The notes under the pieces: model-generated
Database searches by the model: none
What the model was told of the DNA's origin: nothing
Seen by the model: only the letters and a program-made list of their open reading frames with translations
Source of the DNA: Azolla caroliniana
Lineage: Eukaryota > Plantae > Polypodiophyta
Direction of reading: 5' to 3'
Assembly (NCBI GenBank): GCA_043228905.1
Contig: JBHGNT010000005.1
Span: forward strand, 24,180,001 to 24,244,000
Length of the DNA stretch: 64,000 bases
In this document: positions 1 to 14,619 of the stretch, piece by piece
How the letters are laid out: each line of letters begins with the position of its first letter
Numbering within the stretch: the stretch's first letter is position 1
Made by a program: the position numbers and the translations under genes

Positions 1-759
1 TGGGCTGCTACTCCCTACTTGATTGTTGAGCTCCAGGCGCGAGAGGCGCGAGAGGTTCCGGAAGGTTCCGGGGATCGGGCCCGAGAGGCGGTTGTAGGCT
101 AGCCGGAGGTCTTCCAGGTTGGTTAGGCTGCCGAGGGAGGCCGGGATGGAGCCGGTGAGGGAGGTGTTTGTGAGAATTAGAGTGGTTAGGCTGGCCAATG
201 ATCCAATGTCCGGCTCGGGGAATGTCCAGCCGGAGCCGGAGGCCCCCAATGGGTTGTTCTCCAGAGAGAGGGTGCTGAGGGATGTGAGGCCATGGAAGAA
301 ATCTGCAGGTATGGAGGTGAATTGCTGGCCCCCCAGGTATGCAGAGATGAGGTTGGAGAGGCCACTGAAGGATGGGAGTGGGCCATGGAAGGAATTCCCC
401 TGCAGAGCAATGTGCTGAAGGTTGGAGAGAGAGTTGAGAGAGGGAGGGAGTGTACCTGTGAGGCCCAGGTCTTTGAGCTGGAGCTGAGTCACATGGTTGC
501 CTGTGCATTGGATGTATGGCCATGGCGGAACCTCTCCACCTCCTCCTCCGTCTCCACATGGGTCTGATCCTGACCATTGCTGAGAGAGGTTGGACGGATC
601 ATCAGATGAGAGATGGGCGAGCAGGTCCTTGAGGACGGAGACGTCGGTAGGGTCTGTGGCGGCCTCCAGGTCATGGAGGAGGAAGGAGAAGGAGATGATG
701 GTGATGGTGATGGTGATGGTGATGAAGAAGAAGAAGTGGCTATGGTGGACTCGAAGCAT
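1..759 (-). CDS. TMK: LRR receptor-like kinase, TMK (transmembrane kinase) family, 5' part; runs off the window edge
   Basis: Hand translation from ATG at 759 is open to position 1: MLRVHHSHFFFFITITITITIISFSFLLHDLEAA (signal peptide), LRR N-cap (WSGSDPC...WPYIQC), then TMK-type LRRs LGLTGTLPPSLNSLSNLQHIALQGNSFHGPLPSFSGLSNL...FTSIPADFFHGLTSL...LTGSIPASLGSLTNLEDLRLAYNRLSGPIP...LELNNQ. It is absent from the ORF track because no stop lies in the window. Confidence 0.9.
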   Translation of the reverse strand, partial: MLRVHHSHFFFFITITITITIISFSFLLHDLEAATDPTDVSVLKDLLAHLSSDDPSNLSQQWSGSDPCGDGGGGGEVPPWPYIQCTGNHVTQLQLKDLGLTGTLPPSLNSLSNLQHIALQGNSFHGPLPSFSGLSNLISAYLGGQQFTSIPADFFHGLTSLSTLSLENNPLGASGSGWTFPEPDIGSLASLTTLILTNTSLTGSIPASLGSLTNLEDLRLAYNRLSGPIPGTFRNLSRLSRLELNNQVGSSSP

Positions 760-764
760 TGCTT

Positions 765-1115
765 GAGAGAGAGGCATAGACAGTGAGACAGAGACAGAGA
801 CAGAGAGAGCAGAGAAAACAGGGGAGATATGAGAGAGAGAGAGAGAGAGAGAACAGGGGAGGTGAGAGACAGAGAGAGAGAGAGAGCAGAGGAAACAGGG
901 GAGGTGAGAGAGAGAGAGAGAGAGAGAACAGGGGAGGTGAGAGACAGAGAGAGAGAGAGAGACAGAGAGAACAGGGGAGGTGAGAGACAGAGAGAGAGAG
1001 AGAGCAGAGGAAACAGGGGAGGTGAGAGAGAGAGAGAGAGAGAGAGCAGAGGAAACAGGGGAGGTGAGAGAGAGAGAACAGGGGAGGTGAGAGACAGAGA
1101 GAGAGAGAGAGAGAG
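765..1115. repeat. compound GA-rich minisatellite, (GA)n interspersed with ACAGGGGAGGTGA units, immediately 5' of the TMK start
   Basis: About seven recurrences of acaggggaggtgaga separated by variable (GA)n tracts. Confidence 0.9.
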
Positions 1116-4100
1116 CAATTACTGCTTACCTACAAAAACCATTTACTGCTTTTAGCTTTTTGCCTCTTGCAAAAAAAAGAAAATACCACTTACTGCTTTT
1201 TGTTTTTTGTTTTTTTTGTTTTTTTTGTTTTTGTGTTTTGCCTCTTGCAACAACAAAAAATAAAATCCCCCACTCACTTGCTTTCTGCTTTTGGGTCACC
1301 AAGTTGGTATGTACTTACAACAACAACACATTTGTTGTCTCTCTTTGATTGTTTGGTTGGTTGGGTTGTTTTAGTAGGCTCACTCTCCTAGCAGTTCAAG
1401 TGGGCTCTTTGTTAGCGAGCATCCTAAGCTTATCGTGGATACTTGAAATTGTTCAAGAACTAGGTGTATGAAGAACCCTAGGTTATGTCGTCTGTGTGGA
1501 GATCATGAGGTCCTTAGCTCCATATATTGGGGCTTGCAAAAGAGGCCCATGTTCGTGGGCCGTATGATTGATGGGTGTGTGTCTATGGAGACCACGTTGG
1601 CATTACCTCTCCATACGCTAGTGCAGAACCTGATTTAGGAGAAGAAATACTATTGAGGAGCAGTTGTACATGAAAGCATACATATTTCAAACCCTAAAAC
1701 CTAGGCCAATCTTCTAAGGGCTCGCCACCGAGAGTGATGCACTTGGTTAGTTTTCGTCTAAGTTTACTGAAGTGATAGCTTTTTTTTTGTCCATGGCTCG
1801 AGGAACCGAGTGAGGGATGTGTTGGATTGTATTTAGTGTGGCAATCTACGTACATATAAAGACAATCGAACTTGAACCGATAACTTCATACTTGCAAAAC
1901 ATGTGTTCTACCACTCAAAAGGATGGCCCCCATTCAGGCATGTACCACATCTCATTATATATGAAGTACATATCATATGGGTGAACCGTCGCTTGCTTGT
2001 TGCTGGTGTTATTGTTTATACCATACGTATGTGTGTGTGCGCATTACGGAAAGAAGAAGCAACGAGAATGGAGATATTAAGTGCATTTGATTTGGTTTGT
2101 GTTTGTTTTTGTTTTTCAAGGGTCATTTATACTAGAGGCATTATCAAACATTTGATTGTAATATGTTCACATTTAGGCTAGATTCCCAAATCACAAATGT
2201 GGGTGCCTTTTGCGGTGATAAAGTGGGAATAAATGACTCTAATGTTTACAAGATGGGTTTAGGGTTTAGGAAATAAATTCCCAAAATAACCCTATGTCCA
2301 CAAGATTTAGGTACACTTCTTAATAGTTGCGTACAATTTCAAATCCATCTTTGTAAAAATTATCGTAAGAGGTATAGTTCTTATCGCTTAGTTAAATATT
2401 TATTCCGAAATATCGTAAATATCCTTCCTTCCCATGTAGTGTCGTATTGATAGATACTACATATGGTTATTTATTAAGAAAATATTGTAAATGCATCCAA
2501 TCAATTTCACAATGGTATTTTGCTATAATATCGAAATGTGGGGAAAGAACGGTGAAGCATGCAACTCAGAATGTGACTCCAAACTATTGACATGGAAAAA
2601 TAAACATGCTTAAAGAATGGATATGATTAACGTTTGTATCATACATGATGAGTTTAGTTTGATTACCCTATAAACTTAAAAATTCATATAACTTTTTTAT
2701 GGTCAAGTCTCACTTTTGGCCAATCCTCCAATGGTTGAATCTTCTAAATTTTTTGACGTCAACGGAAGACCAAATTACAATCCAGAGAGGTGGATTTTTT
2801 GAAGAGCATGGAGAATGGTTTATAATGAGCCTACCAATATTATGGTCGCCACAACCACATTGGTCATCTTATTCCCAGCTCATACATGTTCATGAATATA
2901 AACATATGACGCTTTTTCACTTCCAATCATCCATTATCTTGCTAAGATTTGTTCGCATGTGGCCATTCATGCTCAAGGACACCGCACCCTATTCACATTT
3001 AGGACCCTATAGACCATACATTGATCCCTTTATATCCTCATATACTTCAAGTGCTACGTTTGGCCTACTCCTTGCTAACGTACCGACTTTGCGCCCATTC
3101 ATGTAGACTACCATGGTCCTCAAGTAGAAACCATTATTATTTCTCAAGTAGGGAAAAACATCCTTTACTTTTAGATGGTGGTATTTGATCTTAATCAAAC
3201 TCAAGAATAGTTTGAATTATGATGATTCTAAACTTGGATTGTAACAAGCAATCAGGACCATATGTGATGCGCAAAGACAAAGATTTCATTATGTGCTTGG
3301 ACATTGAATGTCTTGTTTATTTTTATCCTTGTTAATGCTAAGCTTGTGATTAGTGTTGTTAATAGGAGCATGATGCTTGATTGATTAGACTAGGTAGCAA
3401 TTGACGCTTCATAAAAATAAACCTAAGAAATGTGTTGGCGCCCCCGTATGAAGTTCAACAAATATGGGAGATTGTTTATTCAAATAGGTCACTTCTTGTT
3501 TCACAAGAATCCCCATTCTTAACTAGAACACAAATGACATCACAAAGTCAAAATCACCATAAACATCCATATAAGTGGACATTTGACTCATCTCCAATAT
3601 ATGCATATAATACAAGCGCATCCTATAAATTTAGCATATAGGCAATGGTGGACCACCAATATGCACAACACGACTAACTATATGTATAGGTGAAGAGTCC
3701 AAAACAAAGGGGCTTGGGGGTTTTATTCATACAACTCATTAACCTATCTCCAACTAATAGTGCAAAATTCTAACCCTGGGACCCTATTATTACAACCTTG
3801 TCACATTAGGCTTGTGATTACATACACCCATTTGGATGATTGCTTCACTTTACAGCCTAGAAGGCAATAATAAGACAACCCCAAATAGAGTACATTTTGT
3901 AAGGCATGTGCATGCTCATTGGAGATGAAAAAAAGAAATAGAGTACAAAGAAATTAGTTGTCCACTAACTAACAATAGAGACGAAAGCCAAAAGATAATA
4001 ACATCAATGTAACACTTGTTATTTGTGTCTTTAATATTCAATTGGTTGATTCTTTCAATCTATTTTTTGTCCTTCGGCGTTGGCACCATTAATGTTAAGG

Positions 4101-7100
4101 GGAGATGATCTAGGTTTTGTTTATGAGACACTTTAATTGGTTGGATTAACCATACCATGTCTACACCATCCCAAAATAAAAATTGCATCATCAAGCATCA
4201 ATTTATTTAACAAACATCACCTATGTGCCAAATTATATCGTAAAAATTGTCATTTTAATAGACAAATACATGTCTAATTGTCCACAAGTGTAAAGCCTTT
4301 GACACATAAACATAATCCCACCAAATTGGGAACCCATTTTTTTGTGTGATATACCTTGCTTTAGGGTAACATACTTATTCATAACAAATTCATTTATTCC
4401 TTTGTAAAATTGCTTTGGTCACAAGCTTGCGGCCCTTTGATATTCATATGTAGGGAGTTGGAAACTTGTCAAATGAATGTTTTTCGTAAAACCATGTGTT
4501 AGGAAATGTGCTTGTGGCCCTAAATACGAGGATATGATAGGTAAGGTCAATATAATACCACGATAATATTTAAGATTCCAAGTGGTGATCTCCAATGTAC
4601 AACAATCAAATAAGCGCATAGTTTGCATAGTTTGCTTTAAATCTATATACAAAAGGGGAAAGGTGTTAGAAGAAGTTCATAAAATTGAAAAAAGGAACTA
4701 TAAGCTACACTCCATATATATTGGAGATTAGACTAGGATATTGGAGGTATTTATCCCTCATTTAAAGTGTGATTCAACAATTGGTAGGATTTGAGATTCA
4801 TTTATCACATTAATTACACCTTATTTTGAAAAGATTCATAGACCACGCCTCTAAAATTTTGGCCATGTGCTTCCCTCATAAAAGGGAGGGACGATTCTAC
4901 CCTTTATATATCCTAATTGAGATTAATAAACCTTCTAATTCCAAAAAGTCTCTTTCTTTGTATAATCTCCAACCTTTCACACAAGCAAATGTGCACGAAC
5001 ATGAATGCAAGTAGAAAAGTTTAGTGGGAAGGGAGAAGATTCCCTTATACGTTGTGTACTTCTTACTTTTATCAAGTTGTGAGCATCGAGAGCGTTGGTG
5101 TAAAGGTAAACATGTGGCATGTATAGGTTTGTACAACTAAGGGGGAGGACGATCATAAGGCTATTGATATATATATATATATATATATATAGAACAATTC
5201 ATTGTAAGTATATGTTGAAGTGATATCTTAGCAAATTTGGTGTTAGCCATGAATGTGATGAGTAGTTCCAATGTTACTTGGGTATGGACACCTCAAATTA
5301 GCATCCAATTGTCTAAATTACCCACATAAAATTCATACTCATCACAATTTCATGTGAGATTTCCCTTTAATTCTTGAAGGTATATTTCTCCATGTGGCGA
5401 TATTTCATTCAAGCTTGTACTTCCTTTGTGCTTGATATGTAAGGAGACACATCGACTAGTGTAAAAATAGAGACCATGCGTATTAGTCTGACCAATATTT
5501 CTAACAAACTATTTTGTCTTGCATCCAATGTTTTGTTTTTGTACACAAGTATACATTTACTCACGCATGCATATGATCACAACTTGGATTGTCGTAGGGG
5601 ACATATGCACATAGGTTGCCCAACTCACATGTCTTTGTCCTCTTCCAACCTTATCTAGGTGATTTTAGAATATCTAGCATGAAAACATGTAGTAGACATG
5701 TCGGGTCATCCGAGTTTGTTACGTTATCCATTAGGAATTGATGTGGTGGAAATGGCATATTGGTGGAGCCACCATGCATTATACACAAGTATAAGCGAAA
5801 TCAATTGTGTGCCATTAAATTCAATGAATATCATGTGTACGAAGACACCACATGCATAACATTTCATCCATACAATAGTTGAAGTCATATGGAAGATGTA
5901 CGAAAACATGCAAATGCAAGCATCTATTTTATGTGTAACGTGCATTTAATCATATACACATCACATGTACGAACATAGAGTTATGTGATATTTGTGTGGT
6001 TATGTATTTGAATATGTGTTCACTCACATATATATGCATAGACACTACTGGGCATGGTTAATACGTAGATCATGATTCTTTCAACTTGTCTTTTTAATCA
6101 AGTGGGCTCTTACAATTATCATCAACCTCTCATATTGAATCTCATTACACAACCAATCCAACTTACTCTAAAAAATCATCATGCTTTAAAAAAGTAATGT
6201 CCCACCTATGTTAAGATTCATTCCAATGATTAACAACATCCTTTGAATGATATGCTTAGTCATTGCTAAATTTTCTCGGGTGGTATATTTCTTTCATTGT
6301 TTTTTCTCATTGCAGATGTCTTATCTCGTTCCCAACTCATGTGACACTCCTCTTTGATTGCTTGTCCACATTGGATATGTCTCATCTCATTCCCTGTATG
6401 TAGATTGAGTCCAACTATGTAAATATATAAGTCATGCACTATAAGTGTGTGTACTCTCACAAGCACAAAACATACAAGCCATGATAAGTAATCAATACTG
6501 TTTTTTTAGACAATCAATGGTTATGCAATAGCATTTTTGGCGATATGTTACATTGTTTATTGTCCCCTATAACAATCATCACAAAATAATGGAGAGTTCA
6601 CAAATATTACATTCTATATTTCTCTCTCTTTTGAGTGCATAACAACCAACCAATTACACATTAAAAGGAAATCATTGGAAGCTATATTAAACTTTGCATT
6701 ATTTTGTCTTATCGACATGTTTAAAATATATTTGAGACTATTTCACCAAGATTTAACACGGTTGACAAAATGGATATTAGCATTTATATTTGCCTAATTG
6801 ACATCAATTGATGTGAATGTTGGGCCCTGACAAATTTTTGCTCATTTAAGCTACATATGATGTCATATTTTGTCAAATGAGTTATCAAATGTTTGTCTTG
6901 GTTCTCATTCATTAATATGAATCATCAAATGATTGCCAAATACTCGATTGCAAGTATCAATCTACAAAATATTATTGTTTGATATCAAGTAATGACCTAA
7001 AATATGTCCAATGATCATTAGACTCTACATTTCGAAGTGATTGGTTTTTATATATGTAACCTACTTTGTTGCTAAACTGATACACAACCAATTAACTAAC

Positions 7101-9104
7101 ATTACCTAGTCATTAGTAACGGGCAAACCACATTAGATTTTTAGCCATTAGTCTTTGAGTTCATGGGGAATTTTCAAAACTACATCCATTAGGGCGATGT
7201 ATTGCTTCATTGTGGGAACATTCTTGAACATGCGGGCATCTATTTTCTAGACTTGAAAATTAGGATAGAGGGAATCAATGATGGCAATAATGTGGCATTG
7301 GGTTCAAGGTGGATAAAGTTTTCTTATTGGTACACACCTTTTACTACATCACAATTGTAAAAATATCCATATTCACGTCCTTTAGTTCTTATATGACATA
7401 CTTGACTTGTCTTTTATCACATCATCGCATCTTTTTGTGGCGTCACAATAGTAAAATGTCATTCCAAATGCCACTTTGGGTTCTTTAGTAAGTGTTATTA
7501 TATGACATATTGGACTTACATGTCCTTCAAAATGTCATATGAAGCACACAACAAAAAATGGTAACCAATTGAGTTATATTGTCTCCTTGTCCTCAAACAT
7601 GGATTTTTACAATATCTTTGAATCTACCTACAATTACAACTATGACAAACAAGAAGATTTTGTAGGGTTTCTTTAAGTATGTTGATTGAAATAATTCCAT
7701 GCATTCCAATAATATAGATTTCTAGTTTGGAGATCATTATTCAAAAAACATTATCCCCACAATGTTTGAATTTTTCAGAATGGCCAAAAGACTCAATACA
7801 TTGTTTAGTTACCAAACCTAGCTAAGATTGTGATCCATTGCTACCATAACTCTGTATGTATAACAAACTTGCACAACAAGTAGACTCCATGGGAGGGAGT
7901 GTTGTACATTTTTTGAGTTAGTTTATGTTAACCATGAAAATTCATCATTAAGTTCCACTTGGTTAGAATGTAGCTATAAGTTTGGTTAAATTATATCTTC
8001 ATATTGTACACACATGCCTTTATGATGCTATGAAATTGTCTCTTCAAGGTGATTGGAGGTTAATTTGTACTACAACCTAAAAGTGATGCAAGTCATAGTG
8101 AATATAGAAATAATGCAAGATTGCATCTTCATGTAATTGGCAACTTGCTTGCTTCAAATATTTGATTCCCTCTCTGCCATATATTTACTAGTCATGAATT
8201 TGAGTGAGTATTTATTGTGACGGAAAACAAAAATAAAGAGTCGTTTTGTTTTTACTTAAAACCGCGTAATAATTAAGAAGGAAGAGATATTAAAAAGGCA
8301 AAGCACTCGAACCATGTATGGAATGCTCTTGAAAACCATAGGGAGTTTTCATGTGGATGATAACCATGTGGCAAGGATCAAACTAAAGAAAAACATCAAG
8401 GCACTTTCAAAATGCTCCAAGGATACATATAATGTTGGGGAATTGAATGACATGCCCTTGAGAGCAATCCATCATGGCACTTATGGAGAGAAGATCTATG
8501 TGGTTATTCAATGACTATCCATGGCCCAACAATATTGCATTTGGGGAGACCGCATTTTATATATTCAACAAGGTAGTTTATTGTTTTGTTGGTACCAAAA
8601 TGTTTTACCTATTAGTGCATGCGATCAAGGATTTGAATATGAAGGCTTGTAGGTGTTTTGGTCATGATCCCGTCCACCATGCTTGATTGAGGTTCTTGTG
8701 CTCCTTCAATGGTTTATTGTTATAAGCGGTTCTTCAACATGTTTCCTTTATGTTTATATCTTCTTCTCGTGTCAAGCATGTTTGATTTTTGGTTGTGATT
8801 ATTGCCTCAATCCTACCATGCTTGATTAAGGCTATTATGTTTCTTCAATTGTCTTATTAATGTTTTTGCTTACAATTTGTGTAGTCATTCTCCTTATGTT
8901 CATAGTGTCTTTATGCATGAGCATATAATCGCAACCAAAGTGTAAAGACTTGTTTGCATCTACGCTATGCATTGTAAATATTTTGAGAACTAGAGATGTA
9001 GTCTTCATGTTATGGAAATTAATAGATAGTTGTGTATGTACTATAAGAGAGAATGGAATAGAATAGACGTTTTATCATCCATGTTCAGGCCAATCTTGAC
9101 CTAT

Positions 9105-9640
<536 letters not shown>

Positions 9641-10879
9641 AGAGAGAGAATGTAAGATTACAATGATAAGAATAATCATAATGAAAATGTTAATCAACAA
9701 CTTCATTCAAGAGGAAGACTTGGTTTTGGTTTATATAGGATTTCTAAACAAGTACACATAGAAGTTAGGCTCAATTTAGTAATGATGGGAGAGTGAATGG
9801 GATATCTAAAGTAATCACTTCATTTAATGCAAAAGCATTTTTCATTCTCTAAGTCAATGATGCCAAGGAGTGCTCACTCACACATTTGTGTTATTGATAT
9901 TGTTATTTCAACATTGTCATGACTCATGAGCATACAAAATCTTATAGGTTTTGGTAACCATTAGCTAGTAAATGATCATACTATATATAATCATTATTGT
10001 AACATTTAATATCTAGTTTTGTACATTTTCACATTATTATGATACTTTGTGTTATGGGCCATGGCTATAGTAACTACTAACACCTTGTGTGATACTTATG
10101 CATGACTGGTAAGTGGCCAATGTACATTATAGCTAGGTGGTGAGAGACTAGAGTGCATATGGCTAGGCACATTATTATAGGGAAGATCTCAATGTTGTTA
10201 GACCATATCTGATTGATATAAGCTTATAGCTCTTGTTTTTCTTGTCTATAATAGAATTCATTTTCTTTATTTTTCTTTTTCACTTCAATATTGTCTTTGG
10301 CTTCGACCCTTGATAGTTTAAACAAGAATCCATTTTTTCTTTCTTCGTGAATCTTGCCAAGCTTTAATTAATCATAGAATTTGTCATCAAGCAAGAATGC
10401 ATGCATCTTCTATTTGAGTTGTGGTATTAGAGCAAGAGAATTAAAGGTTGCTTGTGGATTCAATGCAAGTTAGTGGTGAGAAGGCACAACATGAGCTTTG
10501 TCAAGAAGTGCACCATCAAGATGTGTCTATAATGTCTTTGTGACAACAAGCTTTAGAAGTACAAATCTCCCCCAACAAAGCAAAGCTTACTCTCTTAGAG
10601 AGGTTCAATCTTATGTGATTTCAATGCTAAGGATTCCTAAATTAGGCACATCTAGCGATTTAGAACCATCCTAGTTGACATTTGATTGATGTAACCCAAG
10701 TTGCACTATAGTTAGAAAAAAGGTCATCTTTGCTAGAAGATTACAGTTGAAATATGGATTGTGTGAGCATGGAGACAAACAAGTTTTAAATTAGAATTAG
10801 AATTTTTATCGTCCATAAAGAGGCTAGTTTTGACCAATGGGACCAGAGTATACATGTGTTCTTGATACATGTCTCCTTC

Positions 10880-11500
10880 CTAAAAAGGAGGTATTCGTAC
10901 ACATATGAGCTCAACCTTCTAGGTGGTGTCTTAAGTATGGCACTTAAGTTATCACTTCCTCTTAATATGTCATCATATCTTGAACAAATTGCACCATATG
11001 CCGAGCATGTGTAGAGCAAGTGACATTCACCCTCTACCATGGCTTCATTGCATACTTTACATGCCCTCAAATTAGTTACATTTTGATACCATGATGCAAC
11101 TTCAATACCTAACTTCTGAAATCGAGTGTGAAGTAGTGTGAGGGCTCTACGAGCATTACTACTCATACTGATAATGAGATAAGGTTGGATATGATCAATG
11201 GGTATTCTTGCCTTGTATTGAGACCAACATTTCAAGGTTGACATTTGCAATGTAGTATAATGTATTATAGCTTTATCCTCTTAGCATCTTCCCATTTCAT
11301 CCTTAATGATTCCACCAACGTTTCCTCAATCATTACATAATGCTTAATATTGCCTGAAAGCTCTAAAAGATCATCCACGCCCCATCTTTTGAACCATTTT
11401 CTTATGTCAACAACCAAACCGGATGAGAGAATTTTACTCTTATGATTCTTTTGTAGCTTATATCCAACATTCCAAGCTCTAAAAGATTGTGATGAGGAGA
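10880..11500 (-). pseudogene. non-LTR retrotransposon (LINE, RTE-X/L2-like) ORF2 C-terminal fragment
   Basis: ORF 10786-11250 carries ...RRALTLLHTRFQKLGIEVASWY...RACKVCNEAMVEGECHLLYTCSAY..., the C-terminal CCHC-type (zf-RVT-like) motif of LINE ORF2. No RT core is seen. Boundaries are approximate. Confidence 0.65.
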
Positions 11501-11743
11501 TTCTAGTGCCTCAAGTTACTCGACAATTGTTTTCTTTCTCACATGTGAAAATCCTTGGGGACAATTTAACACTAATGGACCAAGTTCATCATGGGTAATG
11601 CTATTAAATGACAGATTTGCTTCTTATCTTTCATAGAGACCCCAACTTGTTTACAAAGGCAATTTGTGGAGTTGCAGGATGTGATAATTGATTATTTGAT
11701 AATGTTGACCTCCAAGAAATGTTAAGCTTTAGATTGAAGCAAA

Positions 11744-12002
11744 CATTTTCTTCAATGGTAGCAACAACACCTTCAATGCCCATGAAGAAACAAACGACGC
11801 CAATTCACAAAGGTGTGGCATGGGTGTATACAAAGGCTACATTAGAGGGTTGAGGTTTGGTACATTTTCTTCAATGGTAGCAACAACACCTTCAATGCCC
11901 ATGAAGAAACAAAAGAGGTTTCATGAAGAAACAAACGAAGCCAATTCACAAAGGTGTGGCGTGGGTGTGTACAAAGGCTACATTAGAGAGTTGAGGTTTG
12001 GT
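11744..12002. repeat. ~120-bp tandem duplication
   Basis: acattttcttcaatggtagcaacaacacc...caaaggctacattagag.gttgaggtttggt occurs twice in tandem; the second copy has a small internal duplication. Confidence 0.9.
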
Positions 12003-12343
12003 GGAGGTGTTGCCTTTGGCACCTTAAAAACAAGCATATTTCATGGTCAAACGTGGACATATATTAGATACGGGAGGTAATTCTTATACTCATATACCCA
12101 TTTACACAAATGATGTAACATAATGAATATTAATATGCACTCGTACTTAGTTATACCTCTTAGGAATGATTAGATAACAAGAAACATGATGACAAATTTA
12201 CTATAAGAGTGCCACATGGGACAATCAACACTCATGTCCTTGCAATAAAAAAGACTCAAGATAAACTTGACCAAATATTATTAAATAAGGGTCATGTATC
12301 TTCATGACCTTTTAAACAAAAAAGGGGATGCTAATTGTGACGT

Positions 12344-13225
12344 TGTCACGAAGTTGCGTGTGTGCGTGTGAAATGTGAGCAAGACCATCGAGGACTTGAA
12401 CTAGAGAGGATGGGTTGCAAACTCAAATTGTTGTGTTGGGGACTTCAGGTAGCCTGTTGATATTTGGTTTAGTGCCTAGAGGGTTTGTCTTAGTAGTTTT
12501 TTCCTATGTATTCATACGTAAGATTTATCTATGAGAAATCGAGCATCAATAATAGTTACCCTTTTGGTAAATACAATACTTCTAACTCTATAAGTGCAAG
12601 GTTTGAATCTTTGTTAAGCCCTTGGATAACACCACGACCAGTTGTGAAGAAGAGCACATCAACAAGGACACAATATGGTTAAAGGACCTACGAAGAGGGA
12701 ATAACAAGAGGAAAGAGGGCTAAAGGACATCGGAGTGTGAAAGGCCCACACCCTAAACGTGAAAGCTATATAAATCACATAGTAGTGGCTTTGTGGGGAT
12801 TCTCCCGTTTGTAAAGATCTCCTATTGATTAGAGCTAGAGCTTCCTTTCCTCCTTCTTGTAACCTTTGAGCTTAAGAGAGATTAGTGAAGTGTTGAGTTA
12901 GAGAACACTAATCTCTCTCCTTGTTGGTGCTAGACCTCTTAGCAAAGAGGGTTAATAATAAACATACTCTTCCTTCTTATTGTCTATATCTATTAATCTA
13001 TTGTCTATGAGAGAGAGCTTGAGAGAGTGAGAGAGATATCATGCTCAATCATTTACTAATCGTTGAGTGAGTGTGAGGCTCAGAGGTGTCCGACAACCAT
13101 CTCCGCCCGATTCGCCATCAAGAGGGTATACGCCGGTCCGAATCCCGCCACGATATCGAGGAGCTTACTCCATCGATACATAGATCCTTAACAATCTTGC
13201 CTTACACGATTACATCTATGTGACA
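12344..13225 (+). mobile_element. probable solo LTR
   Basis: 6-bp inverted termini TGTCAC...GTGACA, internal TATA (gctatataaatc ~12766) and AATAAA-like signal. No convincing TSD or PBS was found. Confidence 0.4.
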
Positions 13226-13275
13226 CATTAGGCCTACACAAGTCTCATGTTATTATCTTATTCCCTATTCATATG

Positions 13276-13560
13276 TTGGAGAAGGAGAAGGTTTGAGGTG
13301 GTGAAGCTTCGAGATGGAGGGAAGGTTCAAGGAGGAGGAGAAGGTTCCAGGTCAAGAAGGTTGGACAAGGAGAATGTTCGAGTTGGAGAAGGCTCGAGGA
13401 GAAGGTTGGACGAGGAGAATGTTTGAGGTGGTGAAGGCTCAAGGAGGAGAAGGTTCGAGGTGGAGAAGGATCAAGGAGGAGAAGACTTGAGGCAAAGAAT
13501 TTTGGATGATGTTGAAACATGAGGTTTGAAGAGGAGAACATTGGAGGAGGAGAAGGCTCA
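13276..13560. repeat. degenerate purine-rich tandem array (GGAGAAGG[T/C]TC[G/A]AGG-like units), probably TE-derived
   Basis: Repeated ggagaaggttcgagg / ggagaaggctcaa variants are visible. Confidence 0.75.
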
Positions 13561-14619
13561 AACATCTCATCCGGTGATCAAAATCGTGTCCCGAAAGATT
13601 AGACAGGAACCTCGTGATGAACTCTACCCATAGATGATGCGAGTTTCGCGAAGTAGTAATCTAAGGGCTCGTCTTTTCCCAAATCTTGCTCTAAATGGTG
13701 TAACTTACTTAGAAGTCGAAATCACAAACCAATTTTTTTGAAATGTTCCCTTTTCAATAATGAGTAGCACTAGGTAATATATTACAAAACTTAATTTTAT
13801 ATGTATCAAAAAAAGAAATGCATCAAAGGATTAATCAAATCTATATACAACAAGATTATGTTGGCTTTGCTATAATGAGTGGCTTAGAAGGGGTAGATAG
13901 ATAAAGAAGTTTTGGTAAAACCTCAAAGGGATATCCTTGAGTTTTTGTTTAGAGAAGTTGTACAATGACATCATTGCCTATTGTCATCAATGGTCTCTAA
14001 CACCCTCTTGATTCACTACTCTAAGCTTGTTCCAAATTTCAGAAGTGCTTTTGCTGTGATCCAAAATTCAACCCCTCAACAATGAGCTCTGCTCTCCCTA
14101 GGTTTTAAGAGGGCCCTTACCAAAATAGGAACTTGACATCGAGAATCAAATGATGCAAAAAAACAATTAAGTCATTTCTTTATTTCTACAATATATATAA
14201 ACCATGTACCTTGTTGTGTACTATGGATGACCTTCCTCCCTTTATGATCCTCCATTACAATATTTAAACCCTTAACCTTTCATTTATAGCTTAGACTATT
14301 GGGTTTAAGTATTTTACTTACCTTTAACTTCACCTTACCTAGTGACCTTCTTTTCATACATTTGCCCTAGTGTAACTTATTTCCTCATGTTTGTTCCTCA
14401 CATCATGACAACGCTTAACGTCGAGTTTTCAGAATATATATATATATATATATATACATATAACAAGATTCAAATTCCCTTCTTTCATATATTCAACGAC
14501 TAATGTTCCTTCTTACCTTCGCTTTTCCTTATCGAAGGAACAAACCAACTAAACATTGCTTATAGAAATTCGATATAGCATCCGACATGGCTGGCTTGAA
14601 GGGCATCAAAGCTTGAATG

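Noticed and set aside
8-1155. ORF-track entries 8-577, 119-418, 489-1118, 783-983 and 829-1155
   Set aside because: Alternative frames of the TMK gene or translations of the GA microsatellite.
2600-8700. AT-rich stretch with scattered short ORFs that might be a decayed DNA transposon (MULE/CACTA-like)
   Set aside because: No catalytic motif, TIR or TSD could be identified by eye; it needs a translated HMM search.
9916-10440. PBS-like TGGTATTAGAGC at ~10423 preceded by LTR-like sequence
   Set aside because: No CA terminus before it, no partner LTR and no recognisable gag after it; at best a very old remnant.
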